Shown piece after piece: positions 1 to 12,370 of a DNA stretch of 64,000 bases. Under the pieces are notes generated by a model. The model ran no database searches. It saw only the letters and a program-made list of their open reading frames with translations, and was not told the DNA's origin. Made by a program: the position numbers and the translations under genes. Origin of the DNA: Isurus oxyrinchus (lineage: Eukaryota). How positions within the stretch are numbered: the stretch's first letter is position 1; every line of letters starts with the position of its first letter. The stretch is taken from assembly GCA_026770705.1 (NCBI GenBank), contig JANJGN010000033.1:14756001-14820000 (forward strand), read 5' to 3'.

Positions 1-840
1 GGGAGTCAGGAGCAATTTAGAGACAATTATAGAGATAGTGAGAGGCAAGGAAATGGACGGCGTTGAATACAATGGTGAAACATTTAATACCTGCTACAAA
101 AGCTTCCATAGCGGGGGGCAGACTTAGGGGAAATAAGTGGGGAGGACATGCTGCAAGTTATCACGTGAGCAAGAGAAATTTGGTCCATTTCAGATTAATG
201 GAAGGTTGGTGACGTCAAGGCCTGGAAGGGATTAGAGAGGTCGGGAGGCGAGATCTTTAAAATCAAGGATTAGAATTTTAAAGTCCAGACGGTGCTTGTC
301 CCCCAGCCAAAGAAATTCAGCGAGCACATAGGTGATCGCTGAATGGGACCTGCTGCGATTTGAGGCCCGGGAAGCAGAGATTTGGATAAGTTCAATTTTA
401 TGGAGGTGGAATGTGGGAGACAAGGCAGGAGTGCATTGGAAAAGCTAAGCCTTGAGGTACCGAACATAGGGATGAGGGTTCCAGCAGCAGATGACCTGAG
501 GAGGGATCGAAGTTTACAAAGGTTATGGAGGTGATAATAGACCGTCTTACTGATGGTGTGACTATGAGTTCAGAAGGATCAAATGTGACAAAACGGCTTG
601 TGAACAGACTGGCTTAATCTCTGACGGCTGTCAGGGAGGGGGATCGAATCAATTGCTAGAGAATGGAGTTTGAAGTGGGGACTGAGTACGGTGACTTCAG
701 ACTTCCCAGTATTTAAGTGAAGGAACCCATTACTCATCCAGCACTGGATGTCGTTAGAAATCCGACAATTTACAACAGTGGAGGAATTGGGAGAGGTGAC
801 GGTGAGGTAGTGCTGGGTGCAGTCAGTGAACATGTGAATA
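1..840 (-). mobile_element. Decayed L2-clade LINE fragment (RT C-terminal region)
   Basis: DIQCWMSNGFLHLNTGKSEV resembles the L2 WMxxNFLQLNxxKTE motif. A paralog lies at 25860-26930. Confidence 0.7.
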
Positions 841-1684
841 CTAATTCTATGCTTTCAAACAATGTTTCCAAATGTTTAATTTGGTTTGTACCTGCTAACT
901 TGGATGTGCAGCTGATACGAATGGGTCTCGATGGCTTGCTGTAATCACTTGCCCATATCTCTCTCGTTATCCGGGTTTATAGAGAGCAATGATCTATACA
1001 TCTGGGTTTACTGATTGAAGTCTTCCTGTCAAACACGCTCAATCCATCACACAACCAAATACGGCGTGGCTGCTGGTATCATTCAAACTGTAGATTGGAC
1101 CCCACGGCTCTCAAATGCAAGATTTCATAAGTCAGGACCTCAAATTCATATAGATACACTATAGTCACTCTTTGAATATATTAGAAAATTGAGGAAATTT
1201 CATGGAACAAGATGTATTCGATATTTATTGAAATCAATGACTTTTGTTTCGTTCATTCTTACAGAGCATGGTTCAATCTCCTGGTCATGTTTTTAATTTC
1301 AACAAACTCGAGGAGCTGGTGGATTTTTTGGTCATTCGGGTAAATAAATAACCGTCCCTGCTACTTCCGCCTTATTATTAGCAACCAACCTAAATTCACC
1401 CTTTATACTCTGCTATGTTATTACATTTGTCCTTGCGGTCACCCACCCACCATCATCCATGCAACTGAGATGATGGGAAATAGGTTTGTATATATCATGT
1501 CAGGCATCAATCACACGCACAGAATGTATCGTCAGTACTGCACATTATAGGAATTCTGAGTGGAATCCGAAACGGGAATGCATGGTTCATGCTTTTATTG
1601 TATTTTGTTAAACAAAGAGTCCAGACTAAAGGATCTGACTCATTTTTTGAATGTGTATATTATTAGAACCATCTTGTACGAGTG

Positions 1685-1711
1685 TAGAATTAGCCCTGGT
1701 CCTGGGGGCTT
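1685..1711 (+). promoter_or_regulatory. 27-bp block identical upstream of A and C, with AATTAG and an O/E-like TCCTGGGG
   Basis: TAGAATTAGCCCTGGTCCTGGGGGCTT is identical at 27794-27820, about 230-250 bp upstream of both ATGs. Confidence 0.3.
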
Positions 1712-2254
1712 TATCGGAATGGCAATTGAATTGTTTTGAAAATTATGGTGAGAATTTTTTGACTTCACCTATTTGTTCAGTTGGTTTAATAAAACCCAGT
1801 CGACATGGGACCAGAATTTCCGAACTGACGGATCCCCTCCCTTACTCGTAACAGAAATCCTCTCAACGTGTCAATCGGAAAGTTGTTCTGAGCATCAGAA
1901 CCGACCACCTAATCTTCTGACGATACAAAAAGGGAAAATGGTTCTCGATTTTCTGACCAAGATCAAGATTTTATGGGCGCTAGATGATATTCAAAAGATA
2001 TATTTCCCAGTTTTGGCTGTGTTTGGTGTGCCAGGTAAGCAGCTGCTTGCAGCAGGTACATCAGTAAACGGAGATGGTCAGTGTGGAGCATCTTAGCCCT
2101 GGGTCCAGCTCGTTCTTTCAAAATTGTCCAAACATTAGACCATGTTATTGGAAACTGTTCTTTTTACAAATGAGGCTGCAATGTAATGACACTTTATTGG
2201 CTGTAGAGCATTTCGAAACTTCCTGAGTTCATGAAAGGTCTTTTCCTTAATCAC

Positions 2255-2362
2255 CATTCATTCATTCATTCATTCATTCATTCTTTGTTTGTTTGTTTGT
2301 TTCTTTCTTTCCTTCATTCTGTCTTTATTTCTATCTTTTTTTCTTCCTTTCTTCCTTCCTGT
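2255..2362. repeat. Compound microsatellite (TTCA)n(TTTG)n(TTTC)n
   Basis: Directly visible. The paralogous site at 28365-28435 is (TTTC)n/(TTCC)n. Confidence 0.9.
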
Positions 2363-2884
2363 GTTTGATAGCTGTTTATGATTCACTAGTGTGAATTCAA
2401 ATGTTTTGCTACCAGTTCAGTGATTACTCTGCCCCCAGTAGTCATCATTATTTCCTTTTAAGGCAATTCTCTAAGAGACTATTGCTCTTTCAGAGCGCAG
2501 CACAAGTGATATCACACTGTTAATCTCAGAATAAAAAATGTTCACTTTGATGTTGATACTGAGCTCGAGAGTCGAGGGAGAAATTGGTTGATGTTCAAGA
2601 ACTCTCTTCAAGTTCTGCAGCAGAGAGTTAGTATTTTAGCATGAAACAAGACCAGTACATAAATTATACCTACACGCATTAGTTTGGCTGTTTCACATTC
2701 CAGCACATACTGCTCCATATTTGTATTACTGTTTCTGAATGGATTAATGAGATAACGAGTTGTTATTCAGAGCAGTTATTGCTTTAATTTCGAGTAATGA
2801 ATTTTAATTAACAAGTTAATCCCTTGTGTATTTGGCACAATTCTTTTTATTCTTGATTGGGATGTACAATAAGTGGAGTGTTCT

Positions 2885-4030
2885 GTTGACAGTATCTTTC
2901 AATACTCCCTCTCTGTTTTGCTTATTCACTTTTCCACCTCTCTTCTGGAAGTTCTTTACTCAGCCATGACCTGAGTTGTATTTTCTACCTAATGCCTGTC
3001 AAGTGCACATTTATTTTTTCCTTATATGAATTTCTACCTTCTTTGTCATCCAGGGAGCTTTGGGTTGGTTTGCCTTACCTTTCTCTTTTGAGGGAATGTA
3101 TGTTGTGCCCAACGCATCTTTTCTTTAAACGTAGCCCCTTGTTCAGATACCGCTTTTCCTGCCGACCTTTGCCTCCAAATCATACCCATTGAAGTTGATA
3201 TTTCCCTGTAAATTATTCCGCCTCTGTTATGCTCATTGCCCCTTTCCATAATCATCCCAAACCTTACGATACAATGATCACAATCCTCTAAACCTTTTCC
3301 TACTGACATTTCAGCTAACTGTCCCAACTCATTCTCAAAAACCGGGCCTAGTAGTGCCTCCATTCTCGTCGGGATGGACGCATAATGATGTACAAAGCTC
3401 TCGTGAAGACACAATATGGACACTTGCCTCTCTCTTTTCTTTACAATAATGCTATCCCAGTCTATATTCAGGTAATTAATGCCCCCCATTATACCTGCTC
3501 TATAATGTTTGCATCTCGCTTTAATTTCACCGTATACTTGTTCCTCCACATCATCCCTAGTAGCTGATGGCCGATATATTGCACTGAGCAATTCAATTGC
3601 ATATGTTTGCTCTTTAACTACCGCCAAGTTGATTCTGACCTTGACTCCTTTGGGATGCAATCTTTCTGTAGCACTGCAAGGGTCTCCTTAATGAATGCCA
3701 CCACCACTACCAGTTTTCTTCTTTCTCTATTTTTCCTGAAGATCTTGTATCCACGACTATCTAACATCTTGTCCAGCCCTTCCTTAAGTGAGCTCTTTGT
3801 TGTAGCCACAACATCACAATTCCAAATGGTAATGTGTGCTTGTAACTCTCCAATCTTATTTAACTCACTCCGTGTGTTCACATACGTGCACTGTAGTCCT
3901 GATTTAGATGCTATCACTTTCTCCACACCTTTTAACTTACTATTCTCTATTCTCATGGCAACTGTCTTTCATAGTATTTTGTGGACTTTTGTTTTCCTCT
4001 TTGTTAATTTCTCCTGATTCCAAAAACCCT
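2885..4030 (-). mobile_element. CR1 LINE ORF2 endonuclease fragment in the intron of A
   Basis: CTYVNTRSELNKIGELQAHI...DVVATT, IYRP and IMGGINYLNIDW match the AP-endonuclease motifs of CR1. Confidence 0.85.
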
Positions 4031-7000
4031 TCCGAGTTTGCAGCCTTCCCCAACGGTCAGTTTTAATGAGGCTGCCAATTCCTTCACAGTTACCTTTGGG
4101 TTTGTTTTCACCTCAGTCTTTGCATTGAAACTTGTTTCACTTTGTACAAAAAGAAGACAAAACAATTACCCTGCCAAGCGCCATCCCACTTCAGCCATGT
4201 CATGGTTAATCTCTATCTTAACTGCATCCACTTAATTTGTTTCCACATCCTGCATTAGCCTTGACTAAAGAAAATAAGGACAGTGTCAATTCTGATTTTG
4301 GCAATTGACCTAGTGTTAATAGATGTTTGCAGGAGATAGTTCCAGATGTCGAATACCTTTTATTAGGAAGAAACAATTTCTGACATCACCTACATATGGC
4401 CAAGTTTATATTTTAACGTTCATACGGTCAGGAAAATAATAGTAACAGTCCTAGGCTATATTTCATTAAGCCAGTTTCATAATGCAATAAGATTATGTCT
4501 GATTTGGTTTTGACCTTGACTTCTTTTTCCTGACCGTCATCCATTATCGTTGCCTGCCTTGTGGATCAATAGTCTATGCCAATTTGATCTAGAGGCTCCA
4601 TCAGAGGGAACAGACTACCTCAGTCTACCCTGTAATCATTTTAATCACCTCAATTTACTGCACTTTTAATCTCACAGTTAATGGAATGTAAGCTTATTCT
4701 GTGCAACTTTATCCAGTTTTTCCATATATTTGTTTGTTTATTACTGATGGATGTAATTATGACCCATTTCTGCACAACCGCCTGTCACTATAAAATACCA
4801 AGTTTCTATCACTGGGGAAAAACTGATCTACATATTTTAGATGTATTTCATGATATGGTGAAGAATAATTAAGCCATCGCCATATATCACTGCATTACAG
4901 AAAACTTCTGTTATTGCCACATGAGAGATCAATTATTTCCCTATATATTTTTTCTCACAGTTAATGTGGTGACGACTGCAATCCCGTCCCCGGGAAAATC
5001 TGGCCTCTCCAAATGTGTGAATCGCTATCTGGTGGCTATGGCAGTTGCAGATCTACTGGGTGTTATAATTGATCTTATGCTAAGGCAGATTCCGATTGTT
5101 TACCGGGAGCAATTTTTTTTTAGAACATTTGTCTGTGTAATGTCCATGCTGTCTTTCTTTATGCTGTCACAGACTGCTCTGTCTGGTTCACAGTCACTTT
5201 CGCCTTTGATCGTTTTGTGGCGATTTGTTGTCAGAATACAAAATCTATATTGCACAGAGAAGTCAGCGGATGTGGTTTTAGGAATTGTGATAGCCCTGAA
5301 ACTGTTGGTATTTTCTACACACTACTGAATACTGGCTTTCTAACAGTTCCTGGTTTTGCCGTGTTGATGCTGGTGTATTTCGTTCAACGGCCCGGGCCAT
5401 TGTTGAATTATTGCATTACATCATAACGCCATTTCTTTCATTTGTTTTATTTCCAGAGTTAAATGCATTAACAGTCAGATACATTTTAGTGGCCAGCAGG
5501 GCCCACAATAGACTCCATGGTTGGAGCCATGGGGCATGGCTCTCTATATTGAGACGATTGGATTGCTTGCAGTATTCTGTTCCTCTGCCAATGTTTGTCC
5601 AGGAAGTGGGATTCATGCTACAAATGTTGAGTTGCTGCACAAACACTTTGATTGATGCAGTGACCAAAAGGAAGTTTAGAGAGGAGTTCTGCAATGGAGT
5701 GAAATATCCCATCACCGTGATCACTAAATTGCTTAATTGAGAAGACATCACAATTCCGAACATTACCAAATGTTTTGCTGTCATGTTCTGTGCATTCCCT
5801 TTGTTGGGTTATGTACCATCATTTTCTTCCTGAAACAAGACTCAAGCCAGTGCAATGTTCTTTGCAAGTTTTTGCCATGTTTGAGAACTTTGCAGCCATT
5901 TGTTTGCAAGGATCTCTTTCTCTGCAAAAAAGGTTTGAAGAATACTTGGCCAAAAGGGTAAGCTGCTTTCGATAGTCCCATGTTGAGCATGTAGTTCAAT
6001 AGTACTTTTAAATGATCCCTTGCTGTGATTATTCCTAGAAATAGACCAATCCTGGGGAATATCAATGCGGGTGTTGAGTATCTCAATGCCAATGAGTTTA
6101 TTTGATCTCTGCCACGTTTGAAGGAAGGCTTTAAAAGATAATTCAAGGCTGGCACCAGCAGAAAAGAAAACAAGTGAACAGGATGACTCTGATGTGTAGT
6201 AATCTCTGCACGATCACTTTGAAAAATGGTGAAAGAGATTTTATATTAAATCCCAGCCCAACACACCACAATCAGCATTTGTCAAAGGCTCCTTATTTTC
6301 TGCATTGAGAGGAGGGCGTTGAACTAATTTAACTAGACATATTTTTGTCAGTGAGTATTATCTATACTCCACCTTGTGTGAATTAAACAGACAGTGAACT
6401 AAAATCAAAGACATTTTCACAACAATAACTTTGTCCATCCATAGAGAGATTGTTTAAAAAAAACAAAGACATAGTGTCATTAGAAGGGAATTGCACTGTT
6501 CATGGCGTGGGTTTCTGTACAATGGACTGCCTGATCAGGTTAAAACACAGGGACCTGTATGACACGTGGGTGGCATGAAGAACAATGCGCCCCGGGGGTC
6601 GCGTACAGCACATGCCCAGGGCCTGGCACAGCACAGATCAGGGTTCAAGCAGGACAAAACTTTGGGAGTGGATGCAGTGAACTGCTGGCTATGGCATTCC
6701 CTTGGGACTCTATCTGACAAAGTCTGAGTTTACTGGGATGGTGCACTCACAGATTCTCACATTGAAAACTGCAGGTTCTTGCTTCACGTCACAGTTATGA
6801 TTGACACACTTATGGTTCCCAGAGCAGCTCTTTCCTAATTTCCAGTGCCGCACATCCCGGGTGAAGGCACACGACCTTCACTATTTCCAGTACATCACAA
6901 TTCAGGTTCCATTTACAGCACTTTCCCGGAACCAAGTCAGGCACCTTTCCCGATCCAGTTGAAGCACATTCCCGCAGCTTGGAGAGCACATTCCTCCCTT

Positions 7001-7749
7001 CCTGTGCAGCATCTTGGTGGTTCTTGGACAGCATATTAAGTAGAGGTTTCTCCCTGTTCTTGGGAAAGCAAAACCGTGGTTGCAGAAGCAACAGTTTCCA
7101 CTATTTCAATGCAGCACATTGCTTGTTCCTGACCTAACAAAGGAAATTCCTAGCAGCTGGTCCAGCAACAATCGCTGGAAAACTATTGTGAGATATCATC
7201 CTGGGAAAAACAAAGTGTCTGAATTATTATGGAATTACTGTTTCAATAAACTGAATTATAATCTGTAACACGTCCGAATGGGCTAGAGTTTACAGCTTTC
7301 ACTTAGATGTGGACTTTCTGCAAACCCTCTGCGATGAAACAACTGATCAACCATAACAATGAAACTTGTGAAATTTTCTCCATACAATACTTTCGTTGAC
7401 GGTTCCCTGCAAAGGCAACTCAGCTAACGACAACATACAACCTACACCCTCCCCACCTCGGAATCCCCCCACCCCATTACACTACTCCTACCCCAACACC
7501 CTTCCCACCTCACCCACTTCACTCTCCATTATCCTGCAGCCGCACTGAACTCGTGACATTAAAATTTTCCCCTTCATATAATGAAACAATTTGCTTTTGA
7601 AAGTCATAACGGAATCCGCTTCCATTTCAAGATCATGTGGCGGACTCTAGATCCTAACTTGCCCTGTATAACAAGGATTGCATGTAATCAGAAACTCTGT
7701 TGCATTTTCCTTATGGCCCTGCATTTATTCTTCATTCCAGAAAATTACC

Positions 7750-8410
7750 CAATGGCCTTTTGAAATCTACGAACGAATCTGCCTCCGTTCAACCATAAGG
7801 AAATGATTCCAAATCCTATCTACACAGGGGGTAAAAAAAAGTTGCTGTTGCTTACCTGCTCATCGCCTTCAACCGGTTTCCTCTGGCTCTCGACCGTTCC
7901 ATCAAAGAGAGCAGTTTCTCTCTGATTGTATTCTGTTCAGACATCTCATCATTCAGAACACCTCCATTTTCAATTTCTCCTAGAGGAGGCGAAAACAGAC
8001 ATCTTTCCGTTCTACCCACATAACTGATATCCTCCATTGACATTCTCGTAAATCTCTTTTCTATCCTCTACAATGCCTCCAAACCGTTCCTATTGTGTTA
8101 TGCCTAGAGGTAGAGTCAGATCTGCAGTTGACGCTGAACAAGTGTTTGATAAATGTTCATCAGCCCTTCTCTAACTTGTACTCTATGTCTCAGCTACTGA
8201 AAACAAAACTTATGTCTTATCCAGTTTACTCTCAACCTGTTCTGCATCTTCAAAGGATTGTGCCCCAGGCTGCTTTAACCTTGTACCCTTCATTTGCTTT
8301 CACCTTTCCCCGTTCTTCCTTCCAAAATGTATCCTTTCACACTTCTCTACCTTGAATTTCTTTTGCCACGTTTCTAGACATCCCAGAAGCCTCTCCACGT
8401 CATTCCTTAA
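7750..8410 (-). mobile_element. CR1 LINE 3' fragment
   Basis: WQKKFKVEKCERIHFGRKN and SRARGNRLK match the CR1 ORF2 C-terminus (WQMxFNxxKCxVxHFG; TRGHxxK). Confidence 0.7.
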
Positions 8411-8599
8411 CTGCCACTGGATCAAAAGCCTGCAACTCCTCCCTGTCCCCGTTCCTCCGCCATCTCCACAGACAGCACTGCGGATAGATCGACACCGAAT
8501 TGACTGCAGCTGTTCAATAAGTTTGTGCAAGGGGATATTAAGATTAACAATATATGCTGGCATTGCCAATGACACCAAAACCCCAAGTCAGCATCGTTA

Positions 8600-10170
8600 C
8601 GAATGACCACAGCACAGTCATTGTGGAGACGAAGTCCCGTCTTCACATTGGGGATACCCTCCATCATGTTGTGTGGCACTACCACCCTGCTAAATGGGAT
8701 AGATTTCGCACAGATCGAGCAAATCAAGACTGAGAAACCACAAGGCGCTCTGGGCCATCAGCAGAAGCCCAATTTTACTCACCCACAATCTGTAAACTCA
8801 TGGCCAGCAAATCCCCACTGAAGCATTAGCATCAAACGAAGGAATTAACACTGGTTAAATGAAAAGCGCAGGAGACATGCCAGAGAAGCAACAGGCATAC
8901 TTAAAATGAGTTGTCAAACAGGTGAAGTAACAACACAGGACTACGTGCATGCCAAATAGCGTAAGTGATAGACAGAGCTAAGAGATTGAATAAGCAGCAG
9001 ATCAGGTCCAAGCTCTGCAATCCTGACACATCCAGTTGTGAATGGTGGTTGACAATTAAACAACTCACTGAAGGAGAATAGTCCTCAAATATCCCCACCC
9101 TCAATGATGAGGGAGCTCAGCACATCAGTTCATTCGCAACAATCTTCAAATGGAAGTGGCTAGTGAATGATCCATCTTAGCCTCTTCCAGTGGTCCCCAA
9201 CAGCATAGACGCCAGCTTTAGCCAAATCGACTCCCTGCACATGATATCAAGAAATGGCAGAAGGCACTGAATAGTGCAAAGCTTTTGGATCCTAAGAATG
9301 TTCAGGCAATAGGACTGAAGACTTGTACTCCAGAACTTTATGCACCCCTAACTGAGCTGTTCCAGTACAGCTGCAACATTGTCGTGTACAGGCTATGTGG
9401 AAAATTACCCAATTAGGTGCTGTGCAGAAAAAGAAGACAAATTCAACCCAGCCAATTACTACCCATCAGTCTACTCTCTATCATCAGTAAAGTGATGGAA
9501 GAGGTCATCACAAGTGCAATCAAGAAGCATTCCTTTCGCAATAACCTGCTCACTGATGTTCAGTCTGGGCTCCGCCAGGGCCACGCAGCTCCTGACCTCG
9601 TTCCAGCCTTGGTTCAAACATGGACAGAAGTGGGTGTGTTCGCTGATAATTGCAAGATGTTCAGCACCGTTCTCAAAACCTCAGATACTGAAGTACTCCG
9701 TGTGCAACTGACAAAAACCTGGAAAATATCCAGGCTTGGTCTGTTAAGTTACAAGTAACATTTGCACCACACAAGTGCCTCCCGAGGTGAGGTGAGAGTG
9801 GCTGGCGTTGGCATCAAGGCAGCATTTGACTGATTATGGCATCCAAGCAAAATTGGAGTCAATGGATATCATGGGAAAACTATCCACTGGTTGGAGTCAT
9901 AACCAAAACAAAAGAAAATGGTCGTGCTTGTTGGTGGTCAGCCATCTCTGCTTCAGGACATCACTGCAGGAGATCCTCAGCGTAGTGTCCTAGGCCCAAC
10001 AATCTTCAGCTGCTTCATCAATTACCTTCCATCCATCATCAGGTCAGAAGTGGATATGTTAGCTGAAAATTGCACAATGTTCAGCACCATTCTCAACTCC
10101 TCAGTAGCCCTAGTGCAAATACACCAAAACCAGGAAAATATCCAGGCATGGCCTGTCAAGTTGCAAGTAT
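8600..10170 (+). mobile_element. CR1/L2-group LINE RT fragment with an internal rearrangement
   Basis: PISLLSIISKVME, QSGLRQGH and GDPQRSVLGPTIFSCFINYLP...MLAENC match the RT motifs GVPQGSVLGP and FADD. Confidence 0.85.
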
Positions 10171-11830
10171 AATGAGACACTCACTAACCACGACCCAGTC
10201 ATGTTGACTCCAGAGTTTAAAGAACTTTTGAAATAATCATTCTGGACCACATTTACGGTCACTTGAACAAATGCTGATAAATTAAGGAAATCGGTTAAAT
10301 TTGTTCAGGTAGAGTGATGTCTTCCTAGCTTTTTGAATGTTTGATGTGGCATCAAATTGGGTAGATGAGGTTAATGCATTAAATGTAGTGTGCATGACCT
10401 TCGACAAGGTATTTGATAACAACATAAGAAGTAGCAACAGCAGTAGACCATTCAGCCTCTCAAGCCTGCACTGCCATTCAATAAGATCATGGCTCTTCTG
10501 CCACTGGCCTCGACATCTCTTTCTTGCCAGCTCCTCATGGACTGCGACTCCCAGTTATTTCAAAAATCTATCTATCTCCTGTTAATGTATTTTCTGTGAT
10601 CCAGCCTCAACAGCTCTCTGGGGTGGAGGATTCTAGACTTTCACTTCACTCTGAGAGAAGAAATTCCTTCGCATTTCAGTTTTAAATGAGCAACAGAAGA
10701 AGCATGCAAGCAAAGTTGCAACGCTGGAAGATAGGGAACCATAGCAGATATGAATACTAAATTCGAGGAGTGAAAGGAAAGAGAGAGACGAGTGGTGAGA
10801 GCTTGTTATTTGGAATGGAGGAGGATTTTTATTTGAGTTCTCTTTGTTCACTGTTAACACCCCTACTTCTTTTTGTTTTATACTAATGACCAAGGCGTGG
10901 ATGTGCAAGGCGAAAATTCTAATTTTGAGCATGACTCAATAGTAGGAAGTGCTGTGAAGTGCGAGGAGGATTGTTTTGAATTTCAAAAGGACATAGACAG
11001 GCTGACAGATTGGGCAGCCAATTGGTAAGTGGAATTTTATGCAGACATGTGTTAAGTAATTAATTGTTGTCGAACAAATTGGGTCATACATTGTAAAATA
11101 AACTATACAATTCTAGAGGGTGCGCAGGCAGAGAGATCTGCAGGTATATACGCACAAATCATTGAAGGTGGAAGACCAGTTTGAGTGAGCAACGAATAAA
11201 ACAGACACGATGCTGGGCTTAATAAATTCGGCATGGTGTACAAAGCTAAGGAATTTTTTCCAAGTGCATAAAGTCCTGGTTCGGCCTCAACTGCATTATT
11301 GCATTGAATCCCGGACACCACACTTTCTGAACAAGGGGACAGTATTGGAGAGGGTATATGAAAGCTTCCTAATGGTTCATTAGATGAGGAACTTCAGTTA
11401 CATATATTAATTGGAGAAGCTGGGACTGTTCTCCTTGGAGAAGAGAAGTTCGTGCGGAGATTTGATAGAGCTGTTCAAAAGTATGAGTGATCTGGAGAGG
11501 GTAGATCGAGAGGAACAATTCCCATCGGGAGTATAATCTGAAACAGAAAACACTGCTTTAAGATGATTTGCCAAATAAGTAATGGTGGCGGGAGGGAAAG
11601 TAAAATTGTATTACAAAGCGAGTGGTTGAAGTGTGGAATGTATTATCCAAAATTGTGGTGGAGGAAGATTCAATGTGCCTTCCAAGGGGGAATTAGATCA
11701 TTATATGAAGAAAAGCAACAAATCAGAGCTTTGGAGATTTGGTGTGGGAGTGGCACTAAGTGAATTACACAGGAAGAATGGCTCAGATGGCTTCCTTCTG
11801 TAATATGAAAATTGTATAATTCAATGATTC
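10171..11830 (+). mobile_element. Decayed CR1 LINE (RT to 3' end) with a nested short repeat at ~10420-10690
   Basis: VDEVNALNVVCMTFDKVFD, plus LEKLGLFSLE-like 3' sequence. A paralog lies at 51900-53840. Confidence 0.8.
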
Positions 11831-11994
11831 TCTCACTGTTGAGCGCTGCCCCAGACCACTAATTGTGTTCTGCTGTTGAGAAATGCTGTATGGTGAGATG
11901 ACTCTGTTATTTTGTGCATTCTCATACAAAGAGGGGCAATTAATGTTACGGTTTTACAAAGCCTTGGTCGATCCTCAAATTGTTTTCATTCTTA

Positions 11995-12370
11995 AATTGG
12001 ATTTGGGCTTCATTGTCAAAGCCAGCATTTGTTGCCCAACACTAATTGATTTTGAACAGAACATTGTAGAGGGCAATTAAGAATCAACTGAATTGCTGCA
12101 GGTCTTGAATGATATGTAGGCCAGACTGGGCTGGGTAAGGGCGGCAGATTTCATTTCCTAAAGGACTTTATTGAATCCGGTGGGTCTTCACGGCAATAGG
12201 TGATAGTTCCAGGGTTACTGAGATCAGCTGTATATTCTAGATTTATTGACTGAATTTCAATTCCACCAGCTACCACAGTGGGATTTGAACCTGTCTCCTA
12301 ATGGGAATAGCCTGGGTCTCTGGATTATCCGGCAAGTGACATTATAGCTATGGCACCATACCCACCATCT
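11995..12370 (-). mobile_element. tRNA-derived SINE (Deu-domain/SacSINE1-like)
   Basis: Minus strand shows the B box GTTCAAATCCC and a GGAAAT(GAAAT)CTGCC...TCTGGCCTACAT core shared with the other copies. The family name is from recall. A paralog lies at 54010-54375. Confidence 0.7.

Larger units (their letters stand above)
1938..5740 (+). pseudogene. Gene A: GPR139-like pseudogene (exon 1 1938-2034, exon 2 4961-5740)
   Basis: Exon 1 (MVLDFLTK...YFPVLAVFGVP) is intact, with donor G|GTAAGC, and the acceptor TTTCTCACAG ends at 4960. Exon 2 shows GLSKCVNRYLVAMAVADLL, TDCSVWFTVTFAFDRFVAICCQ and CCTNTLIDAVTKRKFREE in different frames. Frameshifts lie near 5120, 5240 and 5300-5345, and about 32 codons of ICL3/TM6 are missing near 5540. 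Confidence 0.9.

Noticed and set aside
5416-5784. 122-aa minus-strand ORF (also 56496-56681 on the plus strand)
   Set aside because: These are antisense shadows of GPCR coding sequence.
6500-7200. GC-richer segment faintly resembling a Tx1/L1 ORF1 zinc-knuckle region
   Set aside because: The motifs are too degraded to support a call without a profile search.
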